From contig CM106585.1 of NCBI GenBank assembly GCA_048013815.1, positions 22,878,001-22,942,000 on the forward strand: a stretch of 64,000 bases of DNA, read 5' to 3'. Position numbers and translations under genes: made by a program. The notes beneath the pieces were generated by a model. That model had not been told where the DNA came from. It was given only the letters and a program-made list of their open reading frames with translations, and did no database searches. Shown here piece by piece: positions 43,840 through 59,192 of the stretch; the stretch's first letter is position 1, and every line of letters starts with the position of its first letter. Source of the stretch: Setoptus koraiensis. Lineage: Eukaryota; Animalia; Arthropoda.

Positions 43840-45640
43840 GGACCGTTAGGATGGGTATGAGGGGCAGTGCGACACTAGCGAGAGGCGCTAGTGTAAATCC
43901 GTGATGATAGTGGCTGGGTATTAATCAGCTCAACAATGTCACTGGCACACAAATTGCAGAGCAAATTGTGCGTGTCAACTCCTTTGTGCGAGCTGTGCAA
44001 GTACGTGTGCCACCACTGTGTTGACTCAATAATCAGTGGGGCCAGTTGGGGCCAGTTGAGCGTCAAGTGCATTTGTTTGAGTTTGCATTAAGAATGCGCC
44101 ACACACACTACATTTACAACACTCAAAAATGTTGCCAGTGGTCGAGTTGAGCATGTTATAATATTGTGACATTATAATATTATATATGTTTTATATTATA
44201 ATGTTATATCATAATGAAACGGGCGCACGCACGCACACATTTTGTGTGGCCAAGTTGCAAATTGCAAGCCAGAATAAATACAAATAAATTGATACATTAA
44301 TAGATAATGTGTAATATATATAATATATATGCGTTTACATAAGCCGTGCGCCTAGTCATAGGCAGTCAGCCAGTGTAAGTGGCACAAGTGATAGGTGGCG
44401 CATTTGTGATAGTTTGGTGTTTGGCTTGGCCGAGCAACAACACGCCAAGACACACGAGTGACGCTTGTTGTTGGTGGCCCACACTTGCCCGTTGTAATGA
44501 TTTGCGAATTAACTCATCTAATATAATAACTCATCTAGTCGCTGTAATGATCATGTTGCATCATGTTGCACGTTGCACTCACTTTGTGACCGTTATATCA
44601 GCGTTGTAGGCAACTGTTTGTAGCTAACACAACTCAACGTCAGATGCTGTTAGATGACACTGTCAGTGCACTTGCACGAGTCATTGTCTTGGCAAATCAT
44701 AATTGACTGATCATGATTGACTGCCCATTTTTTGACTGATTGCCACGAGCAGCCGAGACACATCGCCGCTGTCGGATGACGGGCCAACTAAGCGATCGTG
44801 TACTAAATTCATTATGTAGTGTGTGTTGTGGCATGTGCAAACAGCACAGAAAAATCAATAGCGACTAGACCCTAATTAAGACTTTTCTTCGTGCTCTGGC
44901 TGCACAACTTGTGGCCCACAACTCATAACCGGTGCACAATAGATCGGCCGCGTGTGGATTAGTTACATAACTCAAGCTGGCGGCCGGTTGTGCCGGTTGT
45001 GCCAGTTGTGCCAGATGGGACGAGTGAGCAACAACAGCAGCTTTATATACATGAGCTTTACATACGTAAATAGAGCGGGATTATATATATATTATATATT
45101 ATATATAACTCATCAGTATGGTGAGGTAGTGCGCCAAGTGAAGCGGATATAGCGCCATTGGCAAGCTAGTTTTGGTTAGCTTGAAGTGAGTGTGAGTGAA
45201 CTTGCAACTGGCAAGTCGTGAGCGAGGGAGTGAGCGAAAAAAACAAAAATTTATCTCTCTTGTTGTTGTCTTATGGTATTTCTGACTCGCAAGTTGTGAG
45301 GCCAGCAAGTGCATGCAAAGTGTGATACAAACAATGTTATATCGACACACACACACACAAGCAGGCACTGTTTTTACTTACTAGTAAGTCACTAGTAGTG
45401 ACTTACTCACTAGCGACTATCGAGCAAAAGTAGTGTTACATAATCGTGTCATTTCTCACACTGGCCTCGGCAGCCAGAATTATATTGTATTATGATATTA
45501 CATTGTATTATGATATTACATTGGGGCGCGTTGGAGTTACTTGGATTAGATCAGGCAGTGTCAAGGTTAGCCAAGGTGAATAAGGCAGCCCGTGAGTAGG
45601 CACAGTAATCTGGCCAGCGGACTGGCATGACACCTCGAGC

Positions 45641-45719
<79 letters not shown>

Positions 45720-45787
45720 CGGTGGTGTGGTTGTTGTTGTTGTTGCTGCTGTTGTTGCTGCTGCTGCTGTCGGTGGTGTGGTTGTTG
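45641..45787. repeat. (GTT)n/(GCT)n compound microsatellite with an internal duplicated GTCGGTGGTGTGGTTGTTG
   Basis: Read directly from the sequence; explains the poly-Q/N/T/C ORFs at 45508-45899. Confidence 0.95.
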
Positions 45788-47601
45788 GCGTCGCGCAACT
45801 GCTGGTCGCGACAATAATAAAAGGAAACAATATAACTAACCATGATATGATTGGGCCCGCCAGCAGGTAGACAGTTCGAACGGGATCACACGAGCACACT
45901 AGTGACAGTAGCTTAAATTATCTCGCAATTGGCCCAATTGATTGGCACCTTGACAATAAATTGTGTGTGTCTATTTTTATTTATGCTGCAACTATTGCAA
46001 CCATTGCGACTGGGGCAATTGTTAAATACATGTCATTACACTGAATCTTATTATACACACTGAATAGGGTGAATACGGTGTATATTGTGATATTGTGATA
46101 TTGTGATATCGTGATATATGCATACACGGTTGCATCTCATCTCTTGCGCGACACAATGCCGCAAGTTCCGTTCGGGGCCACTTAAATCAAGCTTATCACT
46201 GTTGCGCGCCCCAAGCGGACGGAGCCGGCAAGCAGGCAGAGACAAGTTGTCGGTCGCTTCTTAAGCGGCACCGGCAACAATAACACCAACACCAACTATA
46301 ACACCGACAACAGTTTTATATTCAGCGCAATTGCATTATGCACCACCGGCAACTATTAATTATCCTTTCCATGGGGCCTCTTTTCTCGCTCGCTCTCTCT
46401 GCCGCCGCCCCCCCCCCCCGCCCGCATGCTATCTCTGTGCAGTACAATCAACTCTTATAGGCACAATTAATCCTTCTTTTATCTAGCTCGCTGGCTTAGC
46501 TGGCCGCGAACAATATGAGCCGCCAGATGCTCAAGTAAGCCCAGCTCGGCTCGCTAGTTAAGCCAGCTAAACTAAGCTAACGAGCACTGTTACGCGCGCA
46601 CAATGTTATATGCGGACAGTGCACTTATGCCAGCGCCCAACCGGCCCCAAATCTATTTGGGGCCGCGCACGTACGGGGCGAGGGCGCAACCTCAGGTATT
46701 TTTGTGCACGCTGTTTAGTGAGTTACTGACAGCAAGTTCAGTGAGTGTGCCCAGTGTCTAGTTGTCGGCCCGTGCCATTGGCCGTCGACTTGACCTGAGC
46801 CAACAACAAACATTGCAACAACAGCCAACATAATCAATTCTTCTTCTCTCGCTTTGCGCTATTACGTAATTATTATACGCCCCATCTAAGGGCTATTTTG
46901 CAATTAACCAAGCGCCCTCTTTAGTTTTTGATGACGCAACCCACCGGCAGCAAGATCGTGTTTGTAGATCTGTGGCTGATGAGCCAATCACTGGGGCTCT
47001 TGGCCGGATAAAATCAGTTGGGCCGGCCAAGATTTTGATTTATCTTGTCACGAAACCGTACGTTTGGGTATTTGTGTCGCGCGAGGGCGTGCTCGTGCCA
47101 CGACGGCACTCGTGGCGAGTGGCAAACTGTCGCTCATTGCCAATGAGTCATTGGTCAGTGACAAGTTTGCGATGTTTTTGCTCTTTGTCCACCTGTCCTT
47201 CCTCTGGCCAGGCCAGCTGTCAAAGTGTCAAAGTGCCAAAATGTCAAAATGTCAAAATGACAAAGTGTCAAAATGTCAAGGCCAAGATGATGCTCGACTT
47301 TTGCGCGCCTATTTTCAGTATGGCCAGTATTTATATACATTATACACAGTATTACAGTGACAGGTTGTTGTTGTCGTTGTTATTGCTGTTGTTGTTGTTG
47401 TTGTGATGCACAGTTGTTTTTGTTTGTCAGAAAAGTGGCCACAATTGATAACAACACCTAGATGGCGACAGATAAAACTAATCCGGCCGAGTAATTTGTC
47501 AGGTGACCTTACCATGACAGCTACGTGCGTTTAATTCAATTTTTTGTGGCCCCTCACACACAACAACAAATTTGTGACGCCTTGATCAAATTGAAACTCG
47601 C

Positions 47602-47652
47602 CACTATCGCGTCACTATCGCGTCACTATTGCGTCACTATCGCGTCACTATT
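47602..47652. repeat. 11-bp minisatellite (CACTATCGCGT)n, about 4.6 copies
   Basis: Read directly from the sequence. Confidence 0.9.
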
Positions 47653-48518
47653 GAATAGAGTTGTTTGCTTGTCACACGCTGTAAAAATTTCACTCATAGT
47701 GATTGATTGAATTCGACAGGCGCCAATGGCATCGTTGCAACTTGCAACTGTTCTTATTCTAATCAGCGCCGACACTCGCTAGTAATGGATCTTGCATGCA
47801 AATAATAATAATAATAATAGTAGTAATAATAATAGTATAAATACAATTATGCAAATTGTTTGCCCATGTTGTTGACATGGCATAAATTAACAATGATGGC
47901 CACATTAATGAATAAAATCGCACCGTTATGCAACAACCGCTTTATCTGTTTGTGTCCAACTGGACGGACACTGAAACTATCTGGACATAACTGCATTGGG
48001 CTGTCATCATCGTATGACCTGATTTGGTTTCGCTACAAACAACACTGTCAATATTTATATTTATATGCTGCGTGCGGTCACTGATAAACGAACTGTGCTG
48101 ATACATTATATCATTGCACAACACTGACTTACCTGCGTCACTCATGCAACATCTTTTATGACGACGACGTTACGTAACAATAACAGGTGCCAACAACCAG
48201 AGCTTGCGACAACAATTGCACAACGTGCTCTACTTACTTACTCCGATTTTGTTTGTGTGTCGTTGCGGCGCCGTTAGTGTTTCATTGCTGTATCGTTGGT
48301 GTATCGTTAGTGGTTGTTGTTGTGTCGACGTGACACAACACCAACGCCGACATTACGTAATATAGGTAGTATGGTGTTTGTTGGTATTGGTGTGAGCGTG
48401 ATGGCGACGCAACGAGGCGCTGCTATCGGAGCCGATCTCTTACAATCAATCAAATATGAAAATGGCATCATTATCTATCGCGTTGTATCAATCGCCTCAA
48501 TTGTCTCAATGTCTCTAA

Positions 48519-48547
48519 GCGCGCGCGCGCGTGTGTGTGTGTGTGTG

Positions 48548-48579
<32 letters not shown>

Positions 48580-48583
48580 CATG
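48519..48583. repeat. (GC)6(GT)n alternating purine-pyrimidine tract
   Basis: 65 bp of strict R/Y alternation. Confidence 0.9.
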
Positions 48584-49075
48584 AGGTGTCGCAGCCGGAC
48601 AAATGTACTATTAATTCAAATAGCGCAGCTATTAATGTGTCATTGTTTGTGTGGCCGTTGAAAATAATTGCATCGGCCAGTGTGGTCAAGACAACAGTAT
48701 CTGCGCCCATTATTAATACGTTATAATGATATTTATTTCATTTATACGTACGTGTGCAGCGTACTGGCGCAATAAACGCGTAATATACCTGTATAAAGGC
48801 GGGGTGTGTGTGTGTGTGTGCTGGTCCAAAACGAGTGCACAAAACCTGGCGACAAAAGTGGACAAAACAGCGAGCACAAAACAGCGAGGATAAAATAGAA
48901 AAACAAAGGGATAAAACGGCAAGACTAGAAACAAAACAAACACGTACACAATCAATGTGTCGCCATATTTGCCCGGCCTGCATCTGCCACGCGCTCACAT
49001 GCTCACATGAGCCGGCCTTAGCAAACCGTTATCCGGCTGGCTAGCAAAAGCTTTCGCTTCACGCTCAACTAAATG

Positions 49076-49156
49076 CCCCAAACTCGGGCTCCAAACTCGG
49101 GCCCCAAACTCGGGCCCCAAACTCGGGCCCCAAACTCGGGCCCCAAACTTCGGGCC
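49076..49156. repeat. 13-bp minisatellite (CCCCAAACTCGGG)n, about 6 copies
   Basis: Read directly from the sequence; most unit junctions form a GGGCCC palindrome. Confidence 0.92.
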
Positions 49157-52100
49157 TCACAACAGCAACAAAGTGGCCCCTGGCTCAAAGTAACCAGATG
49201 CTGAGCAGATACTGGCGCCAACTGACTATGTGAGCAGAAAGGGAGAGATGGCCCCCGACGGGAGTGGAGGCACAAGATATAGAGTGAAGTATAATAATAA
49301 TAAACTAAACGAGCCGAGGGAGAGGTAACTGTGACCGTTAAAATGTGACCGTCGCGATGTGATGTTGTCGTCGTAATGGCACCGTTATACAGTTATACAG
49401 TAAAGACCCTTCAGGTTGGCGTAGCGTTAGGACGACCTGAACGGTGTATCATACAGGCTGTATGTGGCTGGCGTTTGTTGTGGGAGGCGAGTAATAGATT
49501 GCTCGTGGCGCACAAATTGTATATTAACCCTCAATATATCGGCACACACACACATTGGTCATGGGCAGGCTTTAAACTGCTTTTGATCGCATACACATGA
49601 GAGAAATATTGTGAAAGAAATATCGCAAGAGAAATATTGTGAGAGATATCAATCATGTGTGATCGTCGTGGTCACTGTGTCTAACCTATTGGCTATACAA
49701 ACATCAGTATAGCTAATATGTGAATGTGATGCAATGTGTAATGTTTGCCCATGCAGTTTGGTTTGTTCATGTTGTTGCCACCAACTTGATGTTGTTTTCA
49801 CTGATATCAATGTAATATCAATGCCATACCGATGTATTGGCTGCGACGCCAATCTGGCATCCATTGCAGCCTGGCCCCGTGACGCAACAACCAAACTGGC
49901 GCTCACCTGGCCTCAATAAGCTTGCCAAAATTGCCTTGCCAAACGCGAATCAAATTGATAGTGCCCGGTTTGTGTTTGTGTTTGTGTGTAATGCTAAATT
50001 AACTATAGAACTGTGTGTGTGTGTGTGTGTGTAATGTAAACACATGTGTATATTGGCTGTCATTGATTATATAAATAATCTCAATTGCATGCAAACTGCC
50101 GGCAACCACTCACTTGTTATTAGCCTGTGTGTGTGTGTGTGTGTGGCGAAAGAAGCATAACTGTGCTGCGTTACATCACGCAAACAACCAATAGCTGCTA
50201 CTCGCCAACGGGCCCCATCTATCATCTTGCTACACATATCATCATGTATATATCAGCATATATATCACAAGCAGCGCATATATCACGAGCGGCGCATATC
50301 ATCAGCGGCAAATATATCGGCAGCGGATATATTTGCCAGCACATGAGCGCACAGGTAAATAAAAAGATGGCACCATTAGTATGAGCTGGCCACTATACTG
50401 GCCAGTCCGCTTTATGCCGGCATGTTTATACAAGCGCCAGCGTCATTTCAAGTGCATCAATAAGCGACCGGTATTAAGGGGCCCCATTTGAGTTAATCGG
50501 GTCAAGAGATAAAGTAGACACAGTTGACATTCTTTGCTCTTTTTATTATCGCCAATGTGCAACCGACGGCACACATAAGCCAGCTAAACCAGCTTGCCCA
50601 TTCATTGATTACGCCTGCACATACACCAATCAATAGGCACAGTGCGGCCATAGCCCGATAGCCAGTGGCCAAGCAAATTTTGATGAGTTGAACTAATTAG
50701 TTGGCACGGGTTAGTCAATTAGGAGCACGAGCATTCTTTGCATCAGTAGCACATGCATTATTGATAATGTTATTACCTGTGTATGTATTATTGGTATTGT
50801 TGGTATCACTGTATTATTGCTGCACCGGCGAGTTCTCACTAATTGATTCAATTTGATTTATTGTTATTCATCCAACAGCCACACTGTACCAGCCACTGCA
50901 TTGGGCCAGCCGATATTTCAAGTTATATCGGCTGCAGTATTTTGCATATTGCATAATGCGGGCCTCATAGTGCGGCCGCTTTTCGCCTATCCAACTAACA
51001 ATAAACAAACAAAAGACGCTTGTCATGTCGACTTGTCAAGTGTTGCCCAAGTGCGATGACGCCACCCAGTGTCAAGTGTGTGCGCAACCAGTTGTGGGCG
51101 ACCAATCAACAAGCGCTAATTATCATTATGAGCAATAGCGTTATTTGTTCACACTTACAATTTGTCAATATTATGTAACATTATTATTGCGCAATGGCAT
51201 TATTTATTATTTTCGGCACTCGTGATAGATAATGTTGAATACAAACAAAAGTGGCCAAGCCAAATTGCATTTTGCGCAAGTCAATAACAATAGATACGCT
51301 GTCAAGTTGTCACAAGTGTTGTCATTGGCAATTCTTTTCTTCTATCACGACTATTACGACTGTCGCCAGTATCACGGCCCTCGCGACCACTTTGGCGGCT
51401 GTCTGCGAGCCGTCTACGTTGCACGCTCCGCCAGTTACCTCGGCACCGGCTTGGCTCTCATGAAGGCTCGCAGTGGCTCGCAGTGGCTCGCAATGGCTCG
51501 CAATTGTCGGCTGCGCGATATTCATGTGCAAACAAGTCTTGTGAGATTTGTTGTCGCTGTCACCGTTCGTTGTTACGCAACAGCATCTGAATAATGCAAT
51601 AGAGCAACCGTTTTAACTCTCGCACTGTCGCTATAAACAGGCTGCATAGATGTTATATATAGATATATGTAAAACCATTGTGTTATTGCCATTGTTGTGC
51701 AGTGCATTGTGCAGCATGTCGCACAGTAATTCGCACAGTATGTTGTGCAGTGTGTTGTGCAGTTCGGGGCCCCAGTTGGGGAGCTTGCAGCGTCGGACTG
51801 GCAAGCGCCCAAAATTGGCGCCTCCCAATTTGGCAACTTGTCGTGTGTGCCGTTATTGCAACAAAAATAATATTATCTCTCGCTTATTATGCGCGTAATT
51901 GAATTTATTATGCCAACAATTGTGCCAATTGTCAGTGTCTGTGTGCACTTGTGCTCCATTGGAGATATTCTTGCATATACTGACTGTTACAGCCAGCAAG
52001 TGTGTGTGTGCATATTAGCTTATCGGTGGCCAGGGTATGTGTTGGTTTAATCAAGTGGCTAGACGCTCACGGTAGCGGGCAAATATTGTCCTATGTTGAA

Positions 52101-52390
52101 TGATGGACACACAACGGACGACAGTGCAAACAAACAAATAAGCAACACTGCAACATTCCCATAGAGCGACATACGGCGCTGATATGACACTGCCGACAAC
52201 AATCGTGATGCAATTGTGTGTCTAGTTCAACTTTTTATTAGCTTTCAATGGCAGCTTTCGACAGACAACAATTTGTTGTTGTTCGCTGATTTGATTTAAC
52301 TCTTTGGCGTTGTGTGCGCTCGGCTCGCTTCACTTGACAGCCGCGCACTGTGTCTGATATGGTCGACTTTGTCGCACCAGTCGCGCCAGT

Positions 52391-52460
52391 TGCACGAGTT
52401 GAGCTGCACGAGTTGAGCTGCACGAGTCGAGCTGCACGAGCTGAGCTGCTCGACTTGAGC
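52391..52460. repeat. 14-bp minisatellite (TGCACGAGTTGAGC)n, 4-5 degenerate copies
   Basis: Read directly from the sequence. Confidence 0.85.
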
Positions 52461-55400
52461 CGCGCAGCCAGTTGAGCCGTGTGCCAGTCGCGTGTAACAC
52501 GTAACAATTGGCCATCAGTGACGTGCATGCACGTGCAACGCGAGCGACAACTTTAATTCAATTCACTGCTAATATTATAATACAGAGATGATAATATAGT
52601 GAACTTGCCATCACACAGCTATTGTTACACCTAGTGTTGTCTGTAACCAGTGCTGTCTGCAACCAGTGCTGTCCGCAACCAGTGCAACGGCCGCCGACAA
52701 GACAACACCGGAAATACTGATGCACGTAAGCGATAAGTCGCGCACTGGGCACTTGATTAAATATCGCACCACTGACACAGCCACTGACACACCAACTATA
52801 CAGACCATACAAACTGCACAAACTGCACAGTTATACACACAACTGCATATAACGGTTTTACACTATATATCTGGATATGTAACCCTCATACACTTATACA
52901 TGTACTGTGCAAATATATATGCAACACATGCAAGCGACAAATAGATAGGTGATAGATGCTAGACGGATAAGATAATTAATCCGAACGAATAATATTATCT
53001 GGCTAGGACAGTGGCCAAAACAATTGTCACGTGTCTTCAATATCAGCACAATGCCAACGGTGTGCATAATGAGTGCAATATGCGCGCATTGCATAATGGC
53101 ACAAATGCCAGTCAAGTTAAAGTGAGCCAGTTGCCTCTATGAGCTGTCCGCTGTCGATGATATCTAACAAATACCCTTGTGACCCAATCGAGGCCTTTCA
53201 TCGAGCCATTAATTAAACAACAAAGTGAACATTGTTGCATCGTGACTTGTTGTGGGCACCTTGGCCGGCACTCGAGCACACGCAATCTCAATGTATCTAG
53301 TGAGTAGCGGTTTATATGTCCGCGCTAGTCACTGCTAGTGACTAGCGCTAGATAGATGTAGTGACTAGATGTAATGACTAGATATATAGCATACATAGCA
53401 ACAAGGACTGGGTTATATCGGTGTGTGTCAAGTTATATAATTATTATAATTGCATCATCGACGGGCGAAACTAGCCAGATTATTCGAGTTGGCACGTACA
53501 AAACAACGTGTTATTGCTCATTATGATCAACTCAAGGCACGAGCCACACAAAAAGCTCATTAAACACACTGTAGCAAATGCCTAGACAGTTGTTATAAAG
53601 AGTGTGTGTTGCTGGTCCAAATAAAACTGGTGCCGTCGGTGTAAAATCCAATTAGCAAATAGGCAAACAGCACACAAAACGAGCGCTAGTTTGAGTCTAG
53701 TCGAGTTAGCGTAGTCAAGATGGTTTAGTTGATGTTATGTAATATTGCGTTACAATACTCAATGGGCATTAGGCATTGCAGTTGCAATGATAATAAGTTA
53801 TGTCACTAATGGCCGCTGACAAGTTAACGGCAAGTTATCGGCATGTTTCATGTTACACACAACAGTCAGCTAATAATAGACTAGTAATAATAGACGACTA
53901 ATGCAACATGTCGTGGAAACACAATCCAATTGGTCAGTAAGTCCATCAAATGGTGCCGTCGATTCGGTTTGGCAGCAGCCTCTGGCAAATCTCAGTCAGC
54001 GACCAATTGCAGCAAGCGAGCAAATAAACGTCCGACAAACGAGTAAACAGCCGACGAGCCAAGTGCCATAAACAGAGACAGATAGATATTGAGTGTGCCA
54101 ATTGACAATTGTGAGCATGTGACAAGTGTCATGTGTTAAGTAATGTCGCCGTGTTGTGTTATAAGGGTGACATATTTCATACTCGCTTAGCTGCTTAGCA
54201 AAGTGCTAAGTGTAATCTAATCAATAGTTACATCACGGCTCACGTTGGCCCTCATTGTCCGATTGCGCATCGCAACAATGACCGACATTTGTGACAACAA
54301 AACACAAATTGTCGCCCGTTTATTTTCAGTTATGGACACTCATTCAGTAATATTCACTTGTATCATACAAGTTGTATGTAGCAACATGCTTGTATGACAC
54401 ATACACAATCAATTACACACATAATCAATTACTGTAATCAGTCAATATTGCTCATGTGCAAGTGACACATACTGATGCCACCATCATAATGCTCGTCAAT
54501 TGTGATTGTGCCAGCCCAACAATGAGCCATTATCAACACAAACAATCAGCCAATTAATTGATCAGCGATGATCGAGTGACCAGCAACCAGTTTATTGTTG
54601 GCTATTGGTAGTTGTGGCTTTCATTTTCTATCAAACTCATTTTCTCGCACAGCTCAGATTGTTACTTTGTCGACACTGTTTTCACTCACTTCCGGTCACT
54701 CATTTCGCGCCTTTGTCTGGTGTTCTGATGATCAGCAGATTGATCGATGAGGCTGCCGCAACAAATATCCACACAAACTCGAATCGGTCTGATAATTTGC
54801 GACATTTGCACCAGCAAGCATTGGTTGTTTTGCTATAAGTAGTGCTTACGTAATGCACTGGTAGCTGATCACTATGCAATCGCCTGCATTGTCAATTGCA
54901 TACACTGACTGCACAATGCAAACAGTATAGAAAACACCTGTTAAAAAGGCTTTGTTTTGCTGGTTTTGGGTATTGTCAGATGAATAGCTGCCGTTGCCAG
55001 TGAGCAACAGATACAGTTGTCACAGTGTCATTGTTTGTTGTTGTTTTCGTGCTTGATGCCGATGCTGTCTCGGCAGCGTTGTTGCATGTATTTGCGTCAG
55101 CTCAATCTCTCGCTCGCCAACTTCAACCAATTCTATTAATAACAACCGAATGTGTAATCAAATAAAAGCAACTCTCATTTGATTGCACAACAATTACAAT
55201 TGAAATACATTAAAATGGTCACTTACAATTGTATGGCCAGTTCCAGTTGGGCACACCAGTGGAGTCTCATCTAATCTCATTTGATGGAGGATTTAGTAAA
55301 GACTCGGCATTGTAACTGTTGTATGTTATCCTGCATTGTGTGCCTTAATCCGTACTCAGGCTCTTCAGAGTGCAAATGGGTGGACACAAAAGTCAGCGAG

Positions 55401-57330
55401 TAAATGACAGCGTCATATAAAACAAACAAACAGCCTAATGTAAAACAAAGAACAGCAATGGTCAACTCGTGCTAACAAATCCATGATCGATCTATCTATC
55501 CACGTTCAGAGATAATCTGACAGACACAAACATCGCATTGTCAACAACAATAGCCTTGGCAATTTAATTTTACCAGTGTCAGTGATTTATTAATGATGAT
55601 AATGGCCTAATTTTACTAGCATTCAGCCATTGCGTAACTGTTGTAAAGTAACCAACAACCAGAATAATGGTGATCTTTGCATTTGTAGAGCGCCGCTTGT
55701 CATCAGATGCTGATGTTTTCAGTAAGAGCAACAACAACAGCAACGACAACAATAGTACCATGACACGTCACTGTCAGTTAACGAGACACTGACACTGACA
55801 GCAGCGATACCGACAGTTACATTAACAGTTGCATCATTGGCGCAACATGAACGTTGACACACAGCAAGAGACGAGACGACAACAGAGAGCGACAACACAA
55901 AGAGACTTTATGAGTCTTTCTATCTTTTTTAGCTGGTTGGTTCCTCTTTTCACTAGCGCTGTTGTTGGCCACTCTGATAACTTACGTAACGAGCAACAGC
56001 GTCCCTGGCGCGGCAACGGCCAGTGGCCGCGCCAGGGACGCGACACGTGACATTGTCACATTACAAGTGACAATGCGATGCACACCGTTGTGACCATCAC
56101 AGATTGATGTAGCATCGCATTGATGCAACATAGTTAGCGTTTCATCAGCGACCTAGCAACTCTTGCTGAAATGAATTGCTTACAGTGGCTGTGAATGTGA
56201 GATGTATGAGATGTTGTAAAAACAGAGATTTGTTACGAATTACGCTTATTTGCTCAACCGACAACTGAACAGCACTGACTGTGTGTACTTATGTTAATTG
56301 GTATTACCGTTAATTACTGGTGGCGTCGATGATTGATGGTCGACGGGACAAAATAAATTAATTAAGATTAGATCTGGCAAATGCAGATGCTGCCCTCACA
56401 AGTTGTCAGGCAAGTTAAACAAACAAACTGATACACGGATTATTGGGTGTAGTGCTATGGTCAAGCAATGGTGACGAGAGAGAATGTGTTTAGCTAAATA
56501 ATTATGTACGAATAAGACTTGAGGCAAACATTGGCCGCACAGTGCAAATGGCAGTTGGCCGCACCAGTTAGACAGGCAAACAATTCATCGTAATTGTGCT
56601 CAAATGAAGATGAAATCATCTGATTAGTAGCTGAGTGGTGGGCACCTCATTAGTGGGTATAGGGACCGTGTATAGTGGTGATTTCATTGCTGCAACCTAT
56701 ACACTGAAGACGGTAAATAGCAGTAGACAGTAGTTTGCAACATAGATTATCCGGCAAGTCGTTGATGATTTCAGCCGAGGCAGCGTTAGACCAACAGCTC
56801 GTAAAGTAAATAATAACCGCTTTACCTGTTCGTGTTGTTATCGTGATCATCAATTGTAAGTTAAGTAACTAGAGACATTAAACTACTACTGGAACGTGTG
56901 CTCTATGGTGCGTTAAATTTGTCAACTCTCGCTCTGTATCTCGCGCTGTCTAGATAATGTAGGTGTACGTTGTGTGCAAATGCTCGTGGCTATATGTGTA
57001 TCATCAAATGGCTTACAGTTGGTGTTGGCTAAAATGATATTAGCACGACAACAACAACAACAACAACACAGATATGACGATATTGGTGTCTGTATTTTAT
57101 AATAGAGACACACAACGGAACAACAAATACATGTAATAATTAAGTGGCGCGGCAAAGAATTAGTCTAGTGAGTGTGTGTTTAACCAAGCAACAAAGAAGC
57201 GGCAGCAACTATCAATTGTGTGTCGAAGAAACATGATACACACAATTTTGTTTCTGTCACGAACAAAACACGTAAGTGCAAGTAAAGGAACCAGCCATCA
57301 GTGCAACAACAATTTGCCCATTGGTTATTA

Positions 57331-57408
57331 GCAACCAATGGCAACCAACGGCAACCAATGGCAACCAACGGCAACCGACGGCAACCGACGGCAACCAACG
57401 GCAACCAA
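57331..57408. repeat. 10-bp minisatellite (GCAACCAAYG/GCAACCGACG)n, about 8 copies
   Basis: Read directly from the sequence. Confidence 0.9.
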
Positions 57409-59159
57409 TCGTTAACAACAAGCGGCCATCTCACCTATACCTGTACCTGTCTGCCGCGTGTTTGTCTAACTGTCTGCCAGCTTGCCGGCCAACTGGCTAA
57501 TCTTATTATGTGTATTGTTATTATTATGTGTCTGCAGCGATCTAATGTCTGATTGTTGTTGTAATTGCGATTTCCGACCAACAGCAGCGTGATGACAAAA
57601 CAAGCGATATAAAACAATCGGCATTAAAACGCATCGCATTGCAGTGCACCAAGAATGCACAGAGTGCCTTGTGGAATGCTTCTGCTGCTGCTGCTGCTTA
57701 CTTATTTGGTTAATATCAAATTGTTAATATCAAGCTTTTTATCAACAAACAAATAAAGCGAAGTGAAGATAAATAAATAAATTAAAACTGCTCATCGATG
57801 ATTCATATTCTCTGGTGGGCCCAGTGTGCGCGATGAAACGTTGCAATCGCATTGTTTGCCGTCTTAGGAATCACAAGTTATGATGCAAACGATGCAAGCG
57901 GCTCACTTGTATACCCATGACAGTTTATCCGACCAACATGAGATACAATGTAGTATAAACTGTTTATAAACATGCAAACATGTCAGTAGCGAAAGTGCAA
58001 ATGTCAAGTTGCCCCGCGCAGGGACTTACTATTTGTCAGCAGTAACACAGAGTCTAGACATGAGCACAGATATAACAATTGAAATGGCACAATGGCATGC
58101 CACCTATCTAGCAGCAACTTGCAACTTGCCAAGTTGCTTCTTGTGAAATCTCTCTGAATTTTGAATTGCTCTACAGTGCGCATACACTACAGGCTATAAA
58201 AAGCAGGACCATACTTCAATATACTATGACAACATAGCCGCTTAAAGGAGCTGCTGGCGAAGGTGACGACGAACAAGATAATTTTCTACTGCTGATTCGT
58301 ACAAACCGTTTTGGCTGCAAGTTCGTTCGAGTGTAATAATTTCAATTGCGCCACAGCACTTGCGACAATTGTCAATCAAGCCCTTGTGTGCGATGAGAGT
58401 AAAGAAGGGTTACAGGCTGACAGACAATGCCAACTAGCTATACATTATACATTATATAGTTATATAATATTGCATGCTGACTCACCGGCTCGATCAGGAC
58501 ACTGAATCATTAAATTAAATTGTTGTTTGGTATGATGATCCAATGCAATGGGTGTTAATATAGCTGGTGAGAGGTAATGTGATGCATAATATAACTATGA
58601 ACTCGATTACGTAATCGTTGTTATTTTGTCGCAAATAACTGACTGTCTTATTTTGTTGCTGCCGTCGTTCGCTAATGAACTGTTTTTTTCTTCTATCAAC
58701 GTTTGATGCACGATGATTCGAGGCTCATTGAGTTACAGTTATAAGTTTGAATAAGTTATATTGTTGCGTGCGTAAATAGCTATGCGATTGTTGCCAGCAA
58801 TCATTGGGCGTCACTTCCATTGAGAAGTGTTGCTTTTGAATTATGATAACATGAATGATTTGCTCACTATCAAGAAGTAATTTTAGTGTCTAACAAGTAT
58901 GGTAAGTGTTTTTTGTTCGCTTGCGTTCAGCTGCCGCCGGGTTTATTTATATTTTGGGGTGAGTTTAGGTTTATATAAGAGGGCACATGATCTAACATTA
59001 TCCTTGTTTCGCTTATCAATGACAAGTTGTCATCGAAACAAACAAGTTGTTAGTTGTGAAAAGTTGCGCTCATCGGTGATATGTTTCCGTTGCGCGCGCA
59101 CATGCGCCCTAATAGTGAATCAGAGCAAACAGGCTCACCGAGACGTGGTGACGATAAAT

Positions 59160-59192
<33 letters not shown>

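Noticed and set aside
45120-45135. TGAGGTAGT (let-7 5' end match)
   Set aside because: Only 9 nt match, the rest of the mature sequence differs and there is no hairpin. Other partial miRNA matches (miR-279-, miR-375-, miR-210-like) failed the same way.
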